DNA of 64,000 nucleotides from Paragordius varius (lineage: Eukaryota; Animalia; Nematomorpha): positions 7,068,001 to 7,132,000 of the forward strand of contig OZ176053.1 of NCBI GenBank assembly GCA_964247055.1. Reading direction: 5' to 3'. Under the pieces are notes generated by a model. The model was given only the letters and a program-made list of their open reading frames with translations. It did no database searches and had not been told where the DNA came from. Positions 1 through 8,559 of this stretch are shown one piece after another (the first letter of the stretch is position 1; each line of letters starts with the position of its first letter). The position numbers were made by a program, and so were the translations under genes.

Positions 1-161
1 TAATTGATCATTCTTACTATAAGTAATTATTACCCACATAAAGCTGTCCATAAATACTAGTTTTACAGAGTGTCATATAAAATCGTCTAAAATAATTATA
101 TTATGTACATAAAATACATTATTCCGTTTATATGTCATATGCAAATTGTTTAAAAATATAG

Positions 162-229
162 AGCTTCAGAAAGCATTCCTATATCTATGCGCAACAGTGA
201 GCCAGGCAAAAATTTTATTGGGGAAAAGG
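162..229 (+). pseudogene. Orphan short linker exon (E2-type) of the local gene family; duplicate at 45731-45798
   Basis: Acceptor ATATAG|A-GCT-TCA-GAA as at 5980. Open frame ASESIPISMRNSEPGKNFIGEK aligns with ASEDSPVAMSNSDTGR. Donor G|GTGATT at 230. Same phase 2 to phase 1 as E2. No upstream long exon nearby. Confidence 0.5.
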
Positions 230-250
230 GTGATTTTCTTTTATAATTAT

Positions 251-790
251 CGAGAGATATGTCGCCTTCTTGGGTTGCAGTTAAGTCAAATTGAACCCTC
301 AATGTTGCTTAGTTCAATGGTCACAATGAAATCAAAATAAACCGCTAGATATGTCGCCTAGTTTAAAAACTCTCAGATATATTTGTCCACTTCAATGGTT
401 ACAAAAAAATAAATATAAACCGCCAGATATGTCACCAAATTTAATAATTACATAGAAAATAACCCCAGATATGTTGATATACTTCAATGGTTGCAGAGAA
501 ATCAGTGTGAACCGCCAGATATGTTGCTAGTTTTTAGTTGCAGAGAAACCGTCAGATATGTTAGTACCATAATCACAGTAAATTAAAAATGAACCGCCAG
601 ATATGCTGCCTAGTTCATTGGTTTAGGAGAAACCAGTCTGAATTGCCATATATGTAGCCTAATTTTATAATTACAGAAAATCAAAATAAACCGTCAGGTA
701 TGTTGTAACTAAGGAGAAATCAAAACCACCAGATAAATTGGCTTGTTCAATGCTCTCAAAAAATTACCAAATTATTGAAGATACTACTTA
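251..790 (+). repeat. Degenerate ~35-50-bp (about 49-bp consensus) tandem array; related arrays at 24330-24540 (+), 40215-40420 (-), 44770-45220 (-), 45820-46360 (+)
   Basis: Core AACCGCCAGATATG or variants at ~339, 418, 462, 510, 547, 592, 641, 690 and 725, with recurring TTCAATGGTTACAGAGAAATC. Confidence 0.85.
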
Positions 791-2999
791 TAAAAAACAA
801 TCTATACATTTCACTCTAAACTTATAAAGAGTATATTAGCGATGTAGATTAATGTTTCAAATGGTTTATATCTTCATATTTTATAAAATAAAGCAGTGAA
901 ATCAAATTAAGACAATCGAACAACGTGTTTTATTTTAATTATTGTATTTGGTAGGTGTGGTAATTCATTATAATTCTATAAAAGCGAAGCGGCCCTTTTT
1001 TAGCGTTTAATTTCGTTAGTCCTCTTAAAATTTCAACAAATTAGAGAGCGCTAAAAGAAACATAATGGGAAAACTAAGTAACTCCAATTTTGACCTTTCC
1101 CGCGTAACCCTTCGAGTAATGCCCCTAACATTAAACAATTTTATACACTCTCATATATGCATGTTAATATACAGATATACCTACTAATTGAACAATTATA
1201 TGACAATCCACTTTATTTAATGGTTAAATACTTTAAATATTAAGTACTAAAAGAATAAAGATAATTGTGGTGCATACGTAAGCGGGTTCGACCATTTTTT
1301 ATTATAATTACAGTAAAATATTGTTAATTTTTAACGAATGTCTCAGTGTTTCATCGATTAATTGCGTTGCCGTTACGACGCGGACATAAAAGTCAAAATA
1401 ATATATATGAATCACGATAAAGACATAAAATCTATATTTCCTGAATCATTATGCGCACTAATTTTTGAAAATATTAGGGATAATGAAATTAGCTGTTTAT
1501 CAAAACCATATCAGATTAAAAAACGTTAAAATGTATTTATAAAAGCTGTTGATTTATCGATTTTGCGAACACAGTAATTATTATATAATATTTAAACATC
1601 CTTAAACTTAGATTATAATGTCAGCCGCATAAAAAAATTGTTTTGAAGACCCGACGGTCGAAAAGTTTCTGATTGCTGTTTTACACTTTTTTATCCCTTT
1701 CATTGTTTATTTTATCATATAAAAGTAAAATGTATTTTGATTCTCATATTGGTTTTGGTTTATGAGCTTGGAAGTTATTCAAGAAAACCCTATTTATCCT
1801 AATAGAAAATCGCACACCCTTTTTTAAATTCATGCTTGATAACAGTTTATTCCGTCAATACATGCCCTAAATTATATTTATTCAAGATATGATTTTCATA
1901 CATGAGCTTATTTGAAAATATTTAATAATATCTGTTAATATCGGCTCTTTAATATAAACGCAAATTACCTGATCATTTGTTATTTATTGTATGTTGAAAT
2001 AACTTTTAAAGTTAATTTTTCTACATAGTGGGCTTTACACATATCAAAACGGTAGAAAAATCACCATAAAATATACAAAAAAACTTTTTCCATTAGATGC
2101 CGAAGAATACTTATTATCTCAAAATTAATTTCAAATTTTCGCCATTATTTTTAATTAAAATTTAAAATATATTTACTGATAAAAGTCACGGGATTGCAGC
2201 ACATTCCAAAAGTTTAAGAGACTATGTTTATTTTGACGATTCGATTAATAAATGTTCCTATCGTGGTTAAATCGAATTCTAGCTTTAACTCCAGCATATG
2301 GAAAATATTATCCCGATGTAAAACACATACGACCGTATTTATTTAATAATGGCTATTTTTTACGATCGAATAAGATCCTTTTAAAGTTGGTTGACAGAAA
2401 CCAAACAGGTTAAAATTGAAAGCGACACTATAAGATTGGATTTATTTGGTTTAACTGTAACTAATCAAAAAGTTAGCGGGAAAAAACAAAACGAAAAATA
2501 TACCTATAATATTGGGGAGAAAAAACCAATAATAGAAGGGATTAAAGTATTAATCAAAAACGAATCGAATAAAAATCTCAATAGTTATACACCATATACG
2601 ACCAGTATAATATTGAACTAACTGCTAAGTCACTTATAATTGTATACATAGTAGTCTATGCCCCTACGTCAAACGTTCCTAAAGAACACATTTTAGGCAA
2701 AGCTCCAAATTTTATATGTAACTAAGAAAGGATACGCTTATGTTTAGATTGTTTTCTAATATCTTTAAGTCTTTTTCATTCCACCATGCTCCATTCAGGT
2801 TGATTTTACCTGCAAAAACTTGATATTTATAATTAAAATCAGCTGTTTTGTTCAATCGTGCTTTAAGCTTCCCAATTATAGACTCTAGGAGGAACAAATA
2901 AAATAATAAATTTTATCTAATACAGCAGTACCATGTTTGTCAATTATTAACAAAAAAAAATTAAAAACAGTAGTTTATTGACAACATTAAGATCTGGGA

Positions 3000-4260
3000 T
3001 ATCAAAGTTATTTTTGAAAAAATCGAAATTTTGTACGGTCCCCGAGACATTGTGTGCGGCCCGCGAAAAATTCGAGAATCTATAATTTGCAAAAATATGC
3101 TCACAGCTCATTAAAGTTGATATTTTTTAGACACAATCCAATGTGTTTTGCTTATATCTTTTATACGATACATTTTAGTGATATTTTTTGAATGAAGCTT
3201 TTGGCCTTTATCAAAAAAAATTTTCTTCACAAAATGAGCATAAATCTTGCTATTTTCAGATATGGAGCAGTTTACACAAAAGTGAATATGACTTTGTTTA
3301 TCAAGCGGCATTAGAGCACAAAAATTCCTGAAATCAAAAAACGTCGATAGATCCTTTTTTCTGCATCGAATCGAATGAAAAAGGGATTAATATAATATTT
3401 GAGCTTTAGCGTTGATAGAAATTATCGAAACACTTTGTTTTTATAAGGCTTAATTTTTTGGAGGCTTATTGGCGAAACTCTATAACTCTATATAGATTTA
3501 ATATATGATTGTTTTGATAAAAATCAATATCGTTTACCGTATATTAACAAATTTATGATTTATGATTCACCCTGAAATGATTTTTTGACCTTATATTTTT
3601 GGTCTTAATGAGCTCCCAAAAAAGAAGAATCTTAATTGATAACATTGCGTTTGTAACTATCCTTATTCTATACATAAACAAATTAAATTTAATTGACGCT
3701 TTTTTATTTAATTTTATTGGACCTAATGTGAGATAAAAAAATTTTAATTTTGGTTATTAACAGAAATACATACCTTTTTTAGTATATTTACCGCATATAT
3801 CATTTTAATATTAATTAACCTGAAACTATCTATCGAATGATATATCAATCCATTAATATTTATATTGCAGCCTACGGTGTTATATTCTACTAGAATAGAT
3901 AAGTTTTTTAATCTGAAAGCAAAATCTCCAGGATTGCTTTAAATTTTTTATGTATGCTAGAGATTAAATAAAGTTATTTCGGAAAAAAATAAATATCTTG
4001 CGCGGCCCAAAGAGACCGTATGCGTGACCCGCGAAAAAATCGGAAATCCATAATTTGCAAAAATATGCTCAGTTTTAGATAATTATTATTTCTTAAATTC
4101 AAATTAGCCTATTGAATTGATAACGAAATTTTTTTTATCGTGCTTGTATTTTTTACTAATGTAAATTGAATAAAATATTTTTGAATGCCCTTACATATTT
4201 AAATGCGGCCCGCCGGTTTATTGCGTCAAAAATGCGCTCCCCGGAAAGATGTTTTAAATA
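3000..4260 (+). mobile_element. Probable hAT-family DNA transposon relic (3' part); duplicate at ~48570-49830
   Basis: ~100-bp direct repeats at ~3005-3107 and ~3968-4072. (T)GCGGCCC motifs at ~3055, ~4002 and ~4205, a hAT/Charlie-like subterminal motif. Degenerate IWSSLHKSEY..YQAAL..DRSF(S) at ~3260-3380 is reminiscent of the hAT C-terminal dimerisation region. No TIR pair or TSD found. Confidence 0.3.
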
Positions 4261-4504
4261 TCCCTAAATGAATGCTTTAAATTGTGCTTCATATAAATTT
4301 TATTTATGTAGTTTTTTCTGCAATGATTAACAAATGGTTAAATTTTTTTAATCTTGACTAAATCACGCAATACGTCAGTGCGCAGCTAGTAATATATACT
4401 ATGAATATTATTGATATGAGTGTCAATAATCAAAACTTTAAACGTTTTCATTGTTATACCTTCTAAAATTTAAAACAAATTTTTAAAATCATAATTTGAT
4501 ATTA

Positions 4505-7500
4505 ATGAAAAAGTGCGAAATTTCGAAAGCTAAAAAGCGAAAGATAAAGATGAATTGTTCAAAAAACAAAAAGAACAAAACAAAAAAGCAGAGTATGAAA
4601 AAAATGTGCAAGCGTCAACCTCAACGTCCTTTGGCAAATAAAAAGCGACATCTCAAGAAACGAAAAGCACCCAAAAAGAGCCCTAAAAACACTAAAATTA
4701 AAACGCTGAAAAGTAACAAAGGTGGAAGGAATTCGAAAAAACACTCTATAACTCAAAAGAAGCGTTTCAACTCCAAAAATAACAAAGGAAAAAGAAATAC
4801 AGCGATAAAGTGTAGAAAGGTCAGTGAAAAACGAAAAATTAAAACTACTACTACAAGAAACAAAGCACCCAAGAGAAAAAAGCAAACTGGAAGAAAATTA
4901 AAAAAATATGTTGGAAATAAAAGATTAAGATGCAACAAACTCACAATTGTAACGGATCATCCTTCACAAAATCAGTCTGATAATGATTCAGTAATAGTAC
5001 CGGAAACAAATGTTCCTACCCAGACATTAAACAAAAACATTTCAACAGATTCTTCGAAATTAATTAATAGCTCTCCTGCTGTAAGTAAAAAACCCCGAGA
5101 AATTACAATACATACAACAAAAGAGTTAAAGCAGTCTGCTTTGTCAAACAATAGTACAGCAACAATTAATAATATCCTCGAAACTCTTACGCCTGCAGAA
5201 AAACATTTAGATAAGACTGTTTCTAATATAATAGCCACATCTTATAATAATTCCCCAGTAACAGTTATGCCTTCAAAAAAAGGGTTAAAACGGTCTAATT
5301 GTACAGCAAAAATCAATTTCGAAACCACTATGCCTACGAAAAAACCTTCAAAGCCTGTTCAAAACATAATAACAACAAATGAGTGCGAAAAAACAATTAT
5401 GCCTTCCAAACGGTTAAAACAACCTTCTTTGTTAAATAGTGATTCAACAATAGTTATACCTGATGCAACCATGACTAGATCTGAAAATCAGATTTGTGAA
5501 AACACGATTTCCACATTAAATCCAAAACCAGTAAAATTAAAAAAATGGATACCAGATTATATAAGAAAAGAAGCCGATTGGCCGCCCATAGACGTTGAGG
5601 ATTTTTTTTTAAAGAAAAAATTAAAAGAATTGCGACTTATTCTTAAGTCATCAATCATAGGACACGCTGAAATTTCACGTTCACGTTTCCAACTGCCACC
5701 CAAAAAATATACTTCCAATATTAATTATAATTCTCCGCAAGAGTTTTTGACACATCATGTCCTACTATACTGATTGTTTAGTAATTTGGGCCTTAAATTA
5801 TCAGCTTTTTAAATTATTGTTAAGATTTGGTAACATATATATATTTTTAATATCATTTTTTGATTCCTAAAACACTAACTAAAACTGTCAAAAAAATTTT
5901 ATCAGAGTGGAAAATAAAGCGTTAAAGATATATATTCTATAAATTAATATTAATGATTACACGTTGATGTGAATATTAGAGCTTCAGAAGACAGCCCAGT
6001 GGCTATGTCCAATAGTGACACAGGAAGATATGTCGCAGGCAAACCATTCATAAATTATTCCCCCAAAAAAGGTAATAAATAAATAATTTAACCATTTTAA
6101 AACACCTATTACTATACGGTTTAACTTCATTAAGATTATCATTTTAATTAAATTATATATTTATTTATTTTCTTTTATAAGATTTTAAGCTCTATTATTA
6201 TGCTTAACTTATAGATTTCAATTCAAAATATTAATTAACTATAAATTTTAAAAAGTTTACAAAATTTCGGGACCAGCAGCACATAATACAAAGATTTGGT
6301 TAATTGTCACATATTTTTGTCAAATTTGAAATATTATATTACAATCATATGCATCCAAAAAATATAACAATAGCCTATTGGCAAGAAATATACAATATTC
6401 CTTCAACAAAACGGCTAAAACGGTCCACATTTTTGTATAATGACACACCACCAATGACAAATGATTTACAAGAAGAAACAACTCCAACAACATCTCAAGA
6501 TAAGATTGATGACAACAAGCCAAGGACATCAAATAATGCAAAACCAGTGAAATATCAGAAACTGATACCGGAATTCCTGAGGGAACGAATCGATTGCATA
6601 TCCCCGATTAATTTTGAACAAATTAGTTTGAAGAAAAAAATCGCCCAATTAAGAAACGTAATCAGTGCATCCGAAATCGGTCAGGCCGAATTTTTACGCT
6701 CAAGGTCGCTTCAGCGTAAAAAATTCGCAAGTGATACAAATTTCAATTCACCGTAAGAATTTTCTTACAAAAATATAGAAATATAATTTATATTCATATA
6801 AATAATCATACGATTCCGAATATAATAGACTAAGTGTATTCGTAATAGAAATACTAAATATTTTCGAGTTTGGGTTTAATTTATATATAAAAATTAATTA
6901 AATTTTAAAAATAAAGTGAGAAATCTATAAAAAACTCTAAAGTTTACATTTATATTGAATAGTTTCGAGTTTGATAATTTAATTTTTAGGATAGTTTTTA
7001 GTTGATTATTTTACAATAACGTGTCGTGCTTAAGTTAATACTTTCTAAGAAATTAATTGGACTACACAAAAATGTATGCCTTAAATATCTTAAATAACTC
7101 CATAATATTTAGAAATAATAATTATAAACATAAGATTTTATATTTACAGTACTAACCAATAATTTTAAACCAATGCTAAAATAACCAATCTAAGGTTTTA
7201 TTATGCTACCTATAGTATATTTATCACAAGTTATATAGATTATATTGATTTTTACAGTAAATGCAATCTTGCGAAACTTAATGAAAAAGTAGCAATGTAT
7301 AGTTTCTTACAGGATATATTTTTTGAATTTTTTTACTAAAGCCACGAAATACTATTTTTTTTATTTGTCAGATAAAATTATGCATAATGATTAATAATTC
7401 CTATTATATTTTAATGTGCAAATTGTTTTGTTCGTAAAAATAGAGTTTCGGAAACCCCAATATCCGATTCCAACAATGAATCTGGAATAAGGATAGTTCG

Positions 7501-7531
7501 CAAACCTTATTTTCCTTGGGAACATCAGTAA
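4505..7531 (+). CDS. Predicted 4-exon gene (4505-5736, 5980-6071, 6374-6752, 7444-7531), ~596-aa basic protein with two copies of a ~65-aa domain; function unknown
   Basis: A 1.2-kb ORF in very AT-rich DNA. Donors G(C/T)AAGA 5737, GTAATA 6072 and GTAAGA 6753; acceptors TTAG 5979, ATAG 6373 and ATAG 7443. All joins are in frame (1791 nt = 597 codons). E4 is homologous to E2, and the end of E3 to the end of E1. E3 paralogs differ mostly at synonymous sites. The E2-E3 join is the least certain because E2 read-through also reaches a TAA after 4 codons. Confidence 0.62.
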
Positions 7532-7545
7532 CTTTTAAAAATGAC

Positions 7546-8332
7546 CGAGAGATATGGTGCGTCAGTTGGGTTGTCAGTTAGTTAAAATGCCGCCACATTT
7601 TGACTAACTCCCTGGTTACAAAGGAAAATCGAAAACCGCCAAATATTCTAGTAATTATAGACAAAAAGATATGATGAGTCAGTTGGGTTTTAAGTTGGTT
7701 AAAATGCCGCCACATTTTGACTAACTCCCTGGTTACAAAGGAAACTCGCAAACCGCCAAATATTCTAGTAATTATAGACAAAAAGATATGGTGAGTCAGT
7801 TGGGTTTTAAGTTGGTTAAAATGCCGCCACATTTTGACTAACTCCCTGGTTACAAAGGAAAATCGCAAACCGCCAAATATTCTAGTAATTAGAGACAAAA
7901 AGATATGGTGAGTCAGTTGGGTTTTAAGTTGGTTAAAATGCCGCCACATTTTGACTAACTCCCTGGTTACAAAGGAAAATCGCAAACCGCCAACTATTCT
8001 AGTAATTATAGTCAAATATGGTGAGTCAGTTGGGTTTTAAGTTGGTTAAAATGCCGCCACATTTTGACTAACTCCCTGGTTACAAAGGAAAATCGCAAAC
8101 CGCCAAATATTCTAGTAATTATAGTCAAAAAGATATGGTGAGTCAGTTGGGTTTTAAGTTGGTTAAAATGCCGCCACATTTTGACTAACTTCCTGGTTAC
8201 AAAGGAAAATCGCAAACCGCCAAATATTCTAGTAATTAGAGACAAAAAGATATGGTGAGTCAGTTGGGTTTTAAGTTGGTTAAAATGCCGCCACATTTTG
8301 ACTAACTCCCTGGTTACAAAGGAAAATCGAAA
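7546..8332. repeat. 117-bp tandem satellite/VNTR, ~7 units
   Basis: AAATGCCGCCACATTTTGACTAACT recurs every 117 bp. One unit near 8012 has a 5-bp deletion. The ORF track shows a 39-aa period. Confidence 0.95.
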
Positions 8333-8559
8333 AGAGAAATGCAATTAAACAGCCAAATATGGAGCTATCCATAACAGAAAAATCCGAATTACCGCCAAAT
8401 TTGGATAATTCAGTAGTTACACAAAAAGAATAACTTCAGAAAAATTACAATTTAATTTATTGCAGATACTCTCCCCTTACCAAAACAATCTATAGATCAA
8501 ATTATAAATAAATGAAGATCATATTTTACTTACTAATTTAACATGTGTAGAACGTTTCA

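Noticed and set aside
146-340. ORF-track 64-aa ORF as a gene
   Set aside because: Non-ATG start, and it runs into the repeat array. The homology-supported exon here is in a different frame.
1330-1500. Short diverged repeat shared with ~12360-12490
   Set aside because: The similarity is real (TTGCGTTGCC, TATGCGCAC), but no termini or coding signal allow classification.
4374-4389. CGCAATACGTCAGTGCGCAGCTAG|T as a Helitron 3' end
   Set aside because: Only a 4-bp stem, 3 nt from CTAG; too weak without other copies.
4505-4939. Calling the basic protein histone H1 or protamine
   Set aside because: No winged-helix globular domain or Arg-cluster pattern is recognisable; only the composition is similar.
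4559-6541. Minus-strand ORFs 4559-4885, 4753-4944, 4972-5238 and 6320-6541 (and duplicates)
   Set aside because: Antisense shadows of the A-rich plus-strand exons; F/L-rich with no motifs.
7546-8332. Satellite arrays as CRISPR
   Set aside because: Whole units repeat with no unique spacers, there are no cas genes, and the context is eukaryotic.
7578-8344. 39-aa repeat proteins from the 117-bp array (also 32153-32680 and 53144-53793)
   Set aside because: The open frame follows from the unit length. A 5-bp deletion unit breaks the frame in two arrays, and there is no start or splice context.
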